IMG/VR virus record: IMGVR_UViG_2721755712_000001
Length of the DNA: 64,000 nt
Reading direction: 5' to 3' (one strand)
From: a virus
Lineage: Duplodnaviria > Heunggongvirae > Uroviricota > Caudoviricetes
In this document: piece by piece, positions 40,815 through 49,801 of the stretch
How the letters are laid out: each line of letters opens with the position of its first letter
Position numbering within the stretch: the stretch's first letter is position 1
Notes under the pieces: model-generated
Database searches by the model: none
The model's input: the letters and a program-made list of their open reading frames with translations, nothing else
Told to the model about the DNA's origin: nothing
Made by a program: the position numbers and the translations under genes

Positions 40815-40833
40815 TTTATTGCTACAATCCACT

Positions 40834-40859
40834 AAGTAATCACTTACTTATTATAATAG
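40834..40859. promoter_or_regulatory. divergent promoter region: class II palindrome TAAGTAA-TCAC-TTACTTA plus TATAAT hexamers
   Basis: Between the ParB-like cassette (minus) and the SF2 helicase gene (plus); TATAAT readable on both strands at 40850-40857. Confidence 0.45.
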
Positions 40860-40896
40860 CCAAATAACATACAAAAGGCACTAAGGAAAGAGGTTT

Positions 40897-42456
40897 ATGA
40901 CTGTTCGGATTGTATCTAACGCAGTAAATGCGCTTATTTCTGGCGCAGATGACAAGGTAAAGCAAATGGTGCAACAGATGTTGAGCTACGAAGTCGAGAC
41001 TGGCGACTGGAAGGGCACAAGCACGATGTTCAACTGGAGTAAAAACTCGTTCCCTGCTGGCTTTGCCAAGCCTGTAGCGGCGAACTTGAACAAGGCGGGC
41101 ATCAAATGTGTTCATATCCGCAAAGACAAAGCCCCGGCGCTTGGTAAACCAAATCCGGCGGTTAACCCATTCCCATACAATCCTGATTATGCGTATCAGG
41201 ATCAGACTGTGGAAACACTGGTTCGAGAGGGAATGATGATTGCGCAGATCGCTACTGGTGGCGGGAAATCTAATGTTGCCTGCAAAGCAGCTGCACGTAT
41301 CGGTCGAATGACATTATTTTTAACAACCCGCTCTGTTCTGATGTTTCAAATGGCCGAAAACTTCCAGAGATCCATCGACTACCGCGCCAAAAATGGCGAA
41401 CCGTGGTTAAAAGACCAAAAGGTTGGAGTCATTGGCTCGGGTGAGTTCCAGGTATCACGACATATCAACGTCGCTACAGTTCAAACTCTTGCAAGTTTCC
41501 TCGAAGAACCACCACGCGATGCAACACCAGATAAGAAAAGCTACCACCTCAAACGTCGGGACTTGGTGAAACGCTTCCTTTCAAGTGTGTCTCTGCTTAT
41601 TCTGGAAGAGGCGCATGAGTCTTCAGGTTCTAATTTCTATGACATTGCCAGATTATGTGTGAACGCAGACTATCGTCTGGCACTTACGGCCACGCCGTTC
41701 ATGAAGGATTCTACAGAAGCCAACATGCGTCTGATGGCTGTGGCTGGGCGAATTGAAATCAAAGTCACAGAAAAGTACCTGATTGATCGAGGCATTCTGG
41801 CAAAACCGTACTTCCTTTATCATAAAGTTGCCTACAAGCCAGACGAGGCCAGAATCAAGGCCGAACTTGCCAACAAACACCTCAATTTTAGAGTTGGTAT
41901 GAGCACCGCCTACCAAAAGGCTTATCAGTTGGGGATCGTGTATAATTTGGGACGTAACGAGGCCATTGTGCGCGAAGCATTGCTCTATAAGCAACATTCT
42001 CTCAATTGCATGACTCTGGTTCGTCTTAAACGCCACGGGCAAATCCTGATGGAAATGATGAAAGAGTCCGGCCTTAGAGTTGACTTCATTTATGGGGAAT
42101 CGAACCAGTCGACAAGGCAAGCAAAGCTGAACAGTTTAGCGTCTGGTGAAATAGATGTTTTAATAGGCTCGACTATTCTGGATGTTGGTGTTGATGTGCC
42201 AAGCGTTGGTGCGGTCATTCTTGCTGGTGGTGGGAAAGCAGAAGTTGAAATGAGACAGCGTGTCGGTCGTGGCTTACGAGCCAAGAAGAATCAGGCAAAC
42301 GTGTGTTTTATCACTGATTTCATTGACATTAGCAACAAATACCTGTTGTCTCACTCTTATGAGCGAAAACACATCATCGACACCACACCTGGCTTTGCAG
42401 AAGGTGTATTGCCTATTGATGGCGCATTCGATTTTGGAGTTCTGAAACGAGATTAG
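40897..42456 (+). CDS. superfamily 2 DEAD/DEAH-box DNA helicase (UvsW-like)
   Basis: Walker A ATGGGKS, DEAH-like LILEEAH, motif III LTATP, C-terminal helicase-domain motifs (GSTILDVGVDVP, RQRVGRGLR). Confidence 0.75.
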   Translation: MTVRIVSNAVNALISGADDKVKQMVQQMLSYEVETGDWKGTSTMFNWSKNSFPAGFAKPVAANLNKAGIKCVHIRKDKAPALGKPNPAVNPFPYNPDYAYQDQTVETLVREGMMIAQIATGGGKSNVACKAAARIGRMTLFLTTRSVLMFQMAENFQRSIDYRAKNGEPWLKDQKVGVIGSGEFQVSRHINVATVQTLASFLEEPPRDATPDKKSYHLKRRDLVKRFLSSVSLLILEEAHESSGSNFYDIARLCVNADYRLALTATPFMKDSTEANMRLMAVAGRIEIKVTEKYLIDRGILAKPYFLYHKVAYKPDEARIKAELANKHLNFRVGMSTAYQKAYQLGIVYNLGRNEAIVREALLYKQHSLNCMTLVRLKRHGQILMEMMKESGLRVDFIYGESNQSTRQAKLNSLASGEIDVLIGSTILDVGVDVPSVGAVILAGGGKAEVEMRQRVGRGLRAKKNQANVCFITDFIDISNKYLLSHSYERKHIIDTTPGFAEGVLPIDGAFDFGVLKRD

Positions 42457-42458
42457 TT

Positions 42459-42737
42459 ATGAGCGAAAAGAAAACAACTTATTGCCAGGTGGCATTGTCT
42501 GATAAGGCCAATGAAAAACTTGGAAAATTCCAAATAAAACTCAAAGAGAAAAAAATCAAGATGTCTAAGGCTGAAGTTATCAATGCCATTCTGGAGACGA
42601 TGACTATGGCTGAATTTGACAAAGTCACATCTGCCGTTGGGGTTTCCGCTAAGACGCGTGAGAAAATCATGCGCATCTATGAAAACTCCAATATGACAAA
42701 AAAAGATCTAGAGGAAATACTGAGCAGGTTGCCGTAA
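42459..42737 (+). CDS. hypothetical protein
   Basis: 92 aa, ATG 3 nt after the helicase stop (operon); Lys-rich. Confidence 0.4.
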   Translation: MSEKKTTYCQVALSDKANEKLGKFQIKLKEKKIKMSKAEVINAILETMTMAEFDKVTSAVGVSAKTREKIMRIYENSNMTKKDLEEILSRLP

Positions 42738-42802
42738 CATTTCATATTTACCCCCTATCTACTAATTCTATGATGTGCTCACTTGTTAGAAAGGAGCACA
42801 TC

Positions 42803-43369
42803 ATGAGTTGGTTAAAAGAATTATCATTTGTTGACACCACTGGCGCTAAGAAAAATCATTCTTTCTGGAAAGTCAGCGATCCTTCTGATTTTCTTGTTGG
42901 TGCTAATGCTGCTTTTGAATTGCTTAACTTTTATCAACGTTATCCAGAAATGAAACACAGTCCACTCCTGTACAGAATAACAAACGATATGAATAGGTCT
43001 GGTTTATTATCAAGTGAGTCAGCGAAAGGCTTTTTTAGCAAAATTACGCCTCACATATCATTCGATGCAACAAACGAAATTGATTATCTATCCACGAAAT
43101 CTCAAGAACAATTATCTGTACCACCTGAGAAAAAAGAAAGACGAATTGCCAGCATTGAAAATATATCGAAAGAGCTTCGCACAACAACGTTGAGGCTGCT
43201 GAACTTTCTTACGCTGCTTAATTGGATAGATGATCAAACATTGATTCCATCAACAGATGCGTTGGATAACAGAGTCCTTAGGCTGAACAAAAAATCGCAA
43301 TTTGGTTTTGTGTTCACCAAAAAAGGTGAAGATTTAATCAAAAGAAAATATAGATTATTGAATGATTAA
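42803..43369 (+). CDS. hypothetical protein
   Basis: Start at ATG 42803 with AAGGAG RBS; the RBS lies inside a perfect 9-bp hairpin (42772-42802); strong terminator hairpin at 43378-43406. Confidence 0.4.
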   Translation: MSWLKELSFVDTTGAKKNHSFWKVSDPSDFLVGANAAFELLNFYQRYPEMKHSPLLYRITNDMNRSGLLSSESAKGFFSKITPHISFDATNEIDYLSTKSQEQLSVPPEKKERRIASIENISKELRTTTLRLLNFLTLLNWIDDQTLIPSTDALDNRVLRLNKKSQFGFVFTKKGEDLIKRKYRLLND

Positions 43370-43508
43370 TAGTCTACATGCAGGTGTATGAGAGCACCTG
43401 CATGTGACATTCATCACATTTTTGAATGTATATACCTTCGGCTGAAAAAGATCTTGATAGGCTGAATGATATTTGTAGGCTTCGCCTCCGAAGAAATTCG
43501 GAGGATAT

Positions 43509-43607
43509 ATGCGACAATTTATAAAAACGTGTGACCTAAGAAATATAGTAGATGATATTGCATGTGATGAAATTAGCAAAAAAGAGAAGAACAAAAACGC
43601 CAATTAA
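43509..43607 (+). CDS. small ORF (32 aa) with GGAGG RBS sequestered in a hairpin
   Basis: ATG 43509 five nt after GGAGG; RBS lies in the 3' arm of CCTCCGAA-GAAA-TTCGGAGG; coding status uncertain. Confidence 0.25.
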   Translation: MRQFIKTCDLRNIVDDIACDEISKKEKNKNAN

Positions 43608-43753
43608 CGCTATCTACCTATAAATCTGAAGAGTTCAATAGGATGCATATCTGAAACACGCCCTCGACAATACCAAAAAGATTTGTCGAGGGCGTCGGGC
43701 TTTCCCTATGTCTGAACGATTAAATTTTACAGCAATTAAATATTTTGTATATG

Positions 43754-44554
43754 TTATTCTTCTGGTGGCACGACAAAATCATCGAGCTTATTCTTTTCGT
43801 CTCGAAGCAACTTGATTTCTTCTTCTGTTATACATTTGTCATAATCTGTTTGTTCAGAATGGCACAGTGTAACCGCGAATGGATAGCCGGTATAAGACAG
43901 TCCCCTAACAGGTTCTAGTTCACCGTTGTCTTTTTTCCTAAATTTGTAAAAGTCAGGAGTGTCATAATTGGTGACGCTAACAAGAGCATATTTATCATTT
44001 TCTCTTGCATACACTTCACTAACACCTCTCGATTCGCCCAACTCTCTACTCACATATGTCGAATCACTTGCAGCATCAAACACAGCCTGACCTAATGGAG
44101 TTTTTTTTAAATCATCTATTTTCTCTTTTTCCTTCCTGATTTTAGATTCGTTTTCCAGATAAAGTTTCACACCGTTTTCTTTGCATGCTAGATTTTGGCG
44201 TTCAAAACGTAATCGTTCTCTTGCCGAGTTGGTACTTTTATCCATTGTAACGAATACAATCGGGTTACGTTCACGAACATCAAAGATGTGCGCATTGAAT
44301 GCGGTCGCACCTGTATAGGCATTCAAGACGTTTTTGCCATTCACCTCTCCACATACCATATATGAATAGCTATTTTCACCTAACTGAATAGCTCGCATAT
44401 TCGTGAACCGACCAGCATCAGGATCTAGCAGTGTAGAGCGAATATCCTTTTCAACTAGATCTATGGCTCGCTCTTCGTCAGAATCACAACCTGTTAATAG
44501 TAAAGCCGCTATTAACAATGCTAATGAGTATTTTTTATTCACCCCATTCTTCAT
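43754..44554 (-). CDS. lipoprotein (signal peptide + lipobox LLTGC)
   Basis: MKNGVNKKYSLALLIAALLLTGCDSDE...: basic n-region, hydrophobic core, lipobox; 12-bp-stem terminator downstream at 43661-43700. Confidence 0.6.
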   Translation of the reverse strand: MKNGVNKKYSLALLIAALLLTGCDSDEERAIDLVEKDIRSTLLDPDAGRFTNMRAIQLGENSYSYMVCGEVNGKNVLNAYTGATAFNAHIFDVRERNPIVFVTMDKSTNSARERLRFERQNLACKENGVKLYLENESKIRKEKEKIDDLKKTPLGQAVFDAASDSTYVSRELGESRGVSEVYARENDKYALVSVTNYDTPDFYKFRKKDNGELEPVRGLSYTGYPFAVTLCHSEQTDYDKCITEEEIKLLRDEKNKLDDFVVPPEE

Positions 44555-44656
44555 GAAACTTATTCCATAATCAATTTTTGGTGGAATGTACGGTTAGTCT
44601 GTCTACGCATCATAGAGATGTATATAATGACCAAAAAAGACTTAAAAAGGTAGACT

Positions 44657-45178
44657 ATGGTTAAAGACATCACCTACGGCATACCGGCTGAAGTCTGGCC
44701 GCGAGACTACGAACATGCTGAAAACATACTTATGTTCTGGCGGAAGAACAACATTCCTGTAAGAGTCACGCTTGAAGACGGTCAGGTGTTTTGCATGTAC
44801 GTTCAGGGGACAATGCCTTCCCGCAATAAGCTAGATTTATGCCCGCTTCCATATGATAAAGAAAATCGTATAAGACTCCCACTTGAGCGCATTAGCACAA
44901 TTGAATCAGGTGTAATCGATGGCATTGCTCGCGAGTTCAAAGGTAGGCTAACAATACATCCAGACTATGTTGACAATCAGCCATCACGCCGTGACTTTTT
45001 TGCGATATGTCGCAAGGCTTATCAAAACGACCAATCTATAAGGGTCTACATGACAGACGGTCGTGAAATAGAAGGGGTGTCAAGAGGCGTTGATGCTTGC
45101 CAGGTCACTCTTAAGTTAGAAGACGGCAGAAAAATACTTGTTTTCTTCGATTGGGTTGAACGAATCCTTCCATTTTAA
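44657..45178 (+). CDS. hypothetical protein (internal duplication of a ~45-aa segment)
   Basis: 173 aa; two related segments (VRVTLEDGQVFCMYVQG / VTLKLEDGRKILVFFDW). Confidence 0.4.
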   Translation: MVKDITYGIPAEVWPRDYEHAENILMFWRKNNIPVRVTLEDGQVFCMYVQGTMPSRNKLDLCPLPYDKENRIRLPLERISTIESGVIDGIAREFKGRLTIHPDYVDNQPSRRDFFAICRKAYQNDQSIRVYMTDGREIEGVSRGVDACQVTLKLEDGRKILVFFDWVERILPF

Positions 45179-45473
45179 ATCTATAAGGGTAATAACCGGC
45201 TAAGCCCGGTTATTATTTTACATGCCATTCGTTTAAAACTCTTTCAATGTCACTCTGTATAAATATATAAGGTTAAAAGCCCGAATTGATTATTTATTTA
45301 GGGAACACCTTCGACGATCTCGCTTTTATTTCTAGGACTTTCATCCCTGCAGAAAATTTAAAAAAAATACTTGCAATCTTTTTTCACGTATCGATAATTG
45401 AACTCGTCGAAAGCGAGCTAGCTAACGACAGTAAAAAATAAATTCATTTTAATTTTTCGTAAGGATGTCCATC

Positions 45474-46124
45474 ATGACTAACATTATCATTTCTAAAAAG
45501 TCCATCATTGAAGCTGCTGCCATTGTATCCGACGAGCTGCGCGAAAAAGCAGATCTGGCAACTCAAACATATAACGAACATTATAAAAATGGTACGCACA
45601 CAAAAGCAGACAAAGCAAATATGCAAGCTGCAACCACTAAACTTGCTTACTTCATCAACAACGTTGTAAACGCTGTAGAAGACGAAAAATTGTGCTCTGT
45701 TTTCTACTATGCGATCAAAGCAAGCAAACAAGCGCCAGAAGTATTTTTCCGTGATGCAATGACTAATAGTTATTCTCTGGAAAAACTGGTTTATCTGGTT
45801 AAATCCATTAAAGCTGGAAAGTGTGTTTATTCCGTCGCTGATATGTCCGGATCTCGTGTATTCGCATTAATCGATATGATTAACGACGAGATCGACACGT
45901 TCACCAATGGCGCTGTTTTCGATTTAATGAATGAAGCGAAAAAAGCGTGCGAAATTAAATTGGACGCTGGCTATACTCAAGCCAACCAGTTGATCAATCT
46001 TTGCGAACGTCTTGGACTTGTTGAAAAAGTCAAAGGAGCTGGGAGCGCGAAAGCTGGTACTCAGCAATATCGCTTCATTAAAAATGATTTCTATAACTAT
46101 CTGGCTGATGCTTTCAAAGCGTAA
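45474..46124 (+). CDS. hypothetical protein
   Basis: ATG 45474 with AAGGA RBS; sigma70-like promoter upstream (TTGCAA ... CGATAAT near 45370-45395); AT-rich codon usage. Confidence 0.4.
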   Translation: MTNIIISKKSIIEAAAIVSDELREKADLATQTYNEHYKNGTHTKADKANMQAATTKLAYFINNVVNAVEDEKLCSVFYYAIKASKQAPEVFFRDAMTNSYSLEKLVYLVKSIKAGKCVYSVADMSGSRVFALIDMINDEIDTFTNGAVFDLMNEAKKACEIKLDAGYTQANQLINLCERLGLVEKVKGAGSAKAGTQQYRFIKNDFYNYLADAFKA

Positions 46125-46137
46125 TTAATGGAATCTT

Positions 46138-46158
46138 GCGCCCACTATGGGCGCTTTT
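46138..46158 (+). terminator. hairpin terminator GCGCCCA-CTA-TGGGCGC + T-tract (copy 1 of 2 identical)
   Basis: Identical 17-bp hairpin recurs at 46409-46431; the two copies bracket the small gene 46172..46402. Confidence 0.55.
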
Positions 46159-46171
46159 AAGGAGCTTAATC

Positions 46172-46402
46172 ATGTTTATTCTTATCGCTGGCGTTAACGT
46201 ACGTAATGAATATTTTGTCAATCGCATCGCTGGGATCGCTGGTTACGCTGGGCGCGCAGTCGAGTTTATCGATGAAACGACGCGCAAAATTGACTTATTG
46301 AGCGACCAGGAGCGAAAAAAAGCAGACGTGAATGACGCTGATATATTTTTAATGTTAAAAGCGTTTGTAGAAATGGGATTTGAAATCAGTTTACATAAAT
46401 AA
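46172..46402 (+). CDS. small hydrophobic/charged protein (hypothetical)
   Basis: ATG 46172 with AAGGAG RBS; N-terminal hydrophobic segment MFILIAGV; flanked by identical terminators. Confidence 0.35.
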   Translation: MFILIAGVNVRNEYFVNRIAGIAGYAGRAVEFIDETTRKIDLLSDQERKKADVNDADIFLMLKAFVEMGFEISLHK

Positions 46403-46408
46403 AATCGA

Positions 46409-46431
46409 GCGCCCACTATGGGCGCTTTTTT
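46409..46431 (+). terminator. hairpin terminator GCGCCCA-CTA-TGGGCGC + T6 (copy 2)
   Basis: Identical to the 46138-46158 hairpin; further terminator-like hairpins follow at ~46447-46480 and ~46511-46545. Confidence 0.55.
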
Positions 46432-46893
46432 CGTTTCCAATACTTCCACCATAACGCGCCAATGATGGCGCTTTTTTTATTGTCTTTGACTCAAGCCAAC
46501 AACATAAAAATAAGCGCCAAAATAACGCCATAGACGCGCTTTTATATCCTTACCAGTACATACCCATTACTTAGCGCATTAACGCGCTTAAATCGCGTTA
46601 TATTGCGTTATGGTGTATGGTTAATCATTGGCTTTTATTCTTGCTATGTGATCCGCGTTTAATTGTCGGCTCGGATCGGCATTTTGTTTTGTTCCGTATC
46701 CGCTCGCGTATTATGTGCGCGTGATTTTTCACATAATCACACCACTTAATCACATATGTGATTACGCTACGAAAGAAATCTGGATGTCTCAGGCGACGAA
46801 AGTCATCATAATTTTCCCCGCTCACCTGTCCGACAACCGCTGGTTGGATTCCACCAGCTTCCCGATGTTTTTTCTATATAAAGGCGAATGCAG

Positions 46894-47009
46894 CCGTTTC
46901 CCGAAAAAATCCTGGCCGTTTCCCGTCGGCTCATGAATACGTTCCTCGCCGTTTCTGAAAATTTCCCTGCGGCAGCTGGTTGCTATATAGAAAGGGCCGT
47001 TTCTGGCCC
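46894..47009. repeat. iteron-like direct repeat cluster A (CCGTTTCCCGAAAA-type units, ~4 copies)
   Basis: CCGTTTCCCGAAAAAATCC, CCGTTTCCCGTCGG, CCGTTTCTGAAAATTTCCC, CCGTTTCTGGCCC; same unit family as cluster B at 50311-50640. Confidence 0.6.
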
Positions 47010-47018
47010 TCTTCTCAG

Positions 47019-47501
47019 TTACACGCCATCAAGGATGTGGATGCGGTTGCTGGCGTATACATTCAGCATAAAGTTAGCGCAAAACAGTTTCCATGTATCA
47101 ACGCCAGCGGTATACGTAATGTTTTTGCATTTAATCGCATTGTTGGCGATCCGCATCCCCTGCGATACTGCTTCATCGTCGGAAAATTTGAACGACGATT
47201 GAGTTTTAATCCAGACAGAAATCTGCGTAGCGAACTCAATCAGCTTGGACTGGCAGAATCGCCCGGAGCGCACCGGAAAGACGAACGTTCCGAATCCAGA
47301 ATTTACCACATACGCTTTCTCAAATACCCGCGAGTAACGACGATTGCCAATGATGTCGCGTGCAATAATGCATTTTTCTTGTGCTGACAGTTCTACCGTC
47401 TCATTGTCGCGCCATGCACCAAGTACTCGTTTTTCAATGTCAGAGAACGTTACAGCGATATTGCCATGTGCGGGTGCGTTTACAGTAGCGATAAAATTCA
47501 T
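47019..47501 (-). CDS. hypothetical early protein
   Basis: 160 aa; class I promoter/operator upstream; iteron cluster A just downstream. Confidence 0.45.
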   Translation of the reverse strand: MNFIATVNAPAHGNIAVTFSDIEKRVLGAWRDNETVELSAQEKCIIARDIIGNRRYSRVFEKAYVVNSGFGTFVFPVRSGRFCQSKLIEFATQISVWIKTQSSFKFSDDEAVSQGMRIANNAIKCKNITYTAGVDTWKLFCANFMLNVYASNRIHILDGV

Positions 47502-47520
47502 GATTATTTCCTTATCGTAA

Positions 47521-47555
47521 ATAACAAATTGTTTTCTTGTTGGTGTTAATTATCG
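47521..47555 (-). promoter_or_regulatory. class I promoter/operator (minus strand CGATAAT-TAACACCAACAAGAAAACAATTTGTT)
   Basis: -10-like GATAAT with TTGACG 15 nt upstream, then a conserved leader ending in the AACAA-A-TTGTT palindrome. Confidence 0.5.
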
Positions 47556-47705
47556 TTGTACGAATAAGGCGTCAAAGTGGAAAGTTGCGGTAGCCGGACG
47601 AGAACAGGTGGGTTTGTCGGTTGCCTGGAGGTAAGAGGTTGGTGTTTTTAGCCTGCGGGAAACAGGATGGTCATTTAAGGCCACCAGCATTGGTGGCCTT
47701 AGTCT

Positions 47706-47993
47706 TTAGTGGAGCAGACCGATGTCGATGGTATCCCCTGAATCATCCACACGGATCATCAGCATGGCGAAGGCGTTTAGTGGATAGCTTGCGTGCCATT
47801 CAGGGAAGCGGTCATCTCGCATGAAGTCGGCAATGTCGTAAACGCAGCCCTCAAAGTGGAAGAATCGCGTGCTTACCTGCTCGTCATATTCCACATGATC
47901 CATTTCTTGCTGTTCTGTTTCCGGCAAGTCCAGCCATGATTCAAGGAATACATTTTGTGCTTTAGGGGTAATGGTGAAATCAGTCATGAGCAT
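47706..47993 (-). CDS. small acidic early protein (hypothetical; anti-defence/DNA-mimic candidate)
   Basis: ATG 47991-47993 with GAGGA RBS; 95 aa, strongly acidic; class I promoter upstream. Function is speculative. Confidence 0.45.
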   Translation of the reverse strand: MLMTDFTITPKAQNVFLESWLDLPETEQQEMDHVEYDEQVSTRFFHFEGCVYDIADFMRDDRFPEWHASYPLNAFAMLMIRVDDSGDTIDIGLLH

Positions 47994-48006
47994 ATCCTCA
48001 CTGCGT

Positions 48007-48040
48007 AAACATATTGTTTTCTTGTTGGTGTAATTATCGC
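48007..48040 (-). promoter_or_regulatory. class I promoter/operator (CGATAAT-TACACCAACAAGAAAACAATATGTTT)
   Basis: Same architecture as the 47521-47555 site. Confidence 0.5.
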
Positions 48041-48322
48041 AGTGTAGATAAGGCATAAAAGAAGTTAATACAGGCTGAATACACAAGAAAGGTTCTGGAA
48101 GTTGATAGCCAGGTTTCAAACTAACCTTCGGTTATTAAAAGTCATTTAAGACCACCAATGCTGGTGGCCTTAATAATTATCGCCCGATTACGCTAAGGAT
48201 CTTTTCCTCAACTGATTTGTTGTTGCGACTAAACTGCCTTGCGTATCTGATGACAGAAGAGGCGTTTTGCTTTCTGACCATCTCGGCTCTTTCCTTCAGG
48301 CGTTTCTTGAAATCGCCCATAT

Positions 48323-48697
48323 TTACCACCAGGCGCAGAAGGTCAGTCTGTTATTGTGAAAGTCGTGGTTCTTAATCAGATCTTCCACAAGCTCTTTCAA
48401 CTCCCCCACATCATGCCAGTAACCTTCATCGTACTCCTGACTGCCGAAGAAAAAACCTTCCCGGGTAGGCAAGTACTCTTCGCAATTACTTTCGTTTATG
48501 TGCATCAAATGAGCCTTCAGAAAACAAATGTCATTCATCGTTAATTCTAAAAGCTCACAATTTTCGACTTCACCTACGTTGCGCTCCATCCACCCAACGA
48601 GCGCATTGAACTTACGGAAGTAAGCAACCTGCTTTCTGGATGCCTCGTTATTCAGATCGTTTTTAGGCTGTGTCTCGATATAGATATCAAGTCCCAT
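48323..48697 (-). CDS. hypothetical early protein
   Basis: ATG 48695-48697 with AAGGAAA RBS; 124 aa; class I-like palindrome upstream at 48757-48773. Confidence 0.45.
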   Translation of the reverse strand: MGLDIYIETQPKNDLNNEASRKQVAYFRKFNALVGWMERNVGEVENCELLELTMNDICFLKAHLMHINESNCEEYLPTREGFFFGSQEYDEGYWHDVGELKELVEDLIKNHDFHNNRLTFCAWW

Positions 48698-48814
48698 GAT
48701 GGTTTCCTTATTAAGTTGCTTCAGTGAAATCATTTTCACAAATCAGATAAGGCAGAAAACAAATTGTTATCGGGTATAAGAAAATGGCGCGGTTTACGCG
48801 CCATTTAAAGAGGA

Positions 48815-49210
48815 TTAAGCGAATACGCTTTCAGGGATTAAGGTGTCGGCAGGAATGCCAGAGGTAATGCGCAGACCGTACTGGCCAATCCAGGTGGTGC
48901 TGGTGTTCAGGCTGGAGGCGAATACGGTGTTAACCATATTCATCATGGTTTCAAACACCTCTTCATCAACCTGGCGGAAGTAGTTCTCGATTTTCAGCAG
49001 CAGAGGGTCAGTTGCATCGAGAATGGACTGGTATTGAGTCGCGTACTCGCCGCCGGAGGCATCACCTTTACGCACGATCGTACTGGCCTGGACTTCGGCA
49101 CCAGTTTCGGTGTTGTACGTAACAACGGTGATTTTTGCCACATTCTTACCTTCGGCGGTTTCAGAGGCATAGTAAACATCAACTGTCAGTTTTTCGCGTT
49201 TAACGGTCAT
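48815..49210 (-). CDS. hypothetical protein
   Basis: ATG 49208-49210 with GGAGAG RBS; 131 aa; class II motif upstream at 49253-49269. Confidence 0.45.
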   Translation of the reverse strand: MTVKREKLTVDVYYASETAEGKNVAKITVVTYNTETGAEVQASTIVRKGDASGGEYATQYQSILDATDPLLLKIENYFRQVDEEVFETMMNMVNTVFASSLNTSTTWIGQYGLRITSGIPADTLIPESVFA

Positions 49211-49336
49211 TTCACTCTCCGTAGTGTATTGGTTATTTTTATATTCTATGATCGTAAGTATGTACTTACAATACAAAAAAGCCCCGTAAGGATGGCGGGG
49301 CTGTCGTACTGTCGACTAATTACCACTTGCACATTA

Positions 49337-49648
49337 TCAGGCTATTGCCATCACTGATGCTCTCTGAATTTCTTGCTGGGCCACGCGGTTAACTTCCATC
49401 AAGGCCAGTTCGAGCTGATGTTCCGGCCACATTCTTTGAAATGCCACCCATCCTTTTCCACGCTGGCGACGAACATTCATTACATAACGAGTAAAGGTGT
49501 TTTTATCGAAAGACACCGCTGTTTCACGGAACAGACGAATAGAAGTTCCATTGGCAACGATGTCTAGCAAAGTTAATTGAGCAACCAGTGCAGGCTTCTC
49601 TTTTCTCTTCTGGTCTTTGTCCAGACCAAGAACCAATGATTTTTTCAT
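49337..49648 (-). CDS. hypothetical early protein
   Basis: ATG 49646-49648 with GGAG RBS; 103 aa; class I palindrome AACAACTTGTTTTC at 49661-49674. Confidence 0.4.
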   Translation of the reverse strand: MKKSLVLGLDKDQKRKEKPALVAQLTLLDIVANGTSIRLFRETAVSFDKNTFTRYVMNVRRQRGKGWVAFQRMWPEHQLELALMEVNRVAQQEIQRASVMAIA

Positions 49649-49801
49649 CACAACTCCGTAAACAACTTGTTTTCTCAATGGCGTAAATAATACCAGTAAG
49701 AAAACGGCTACAAAGCATAATGATCAGGTGCATGATCGATATGCAGGTTCCTCCCAGCGGCTATAGAGAAATTAAGCCAGCAATGCTGGCTTTGGTTGGG
49801 A

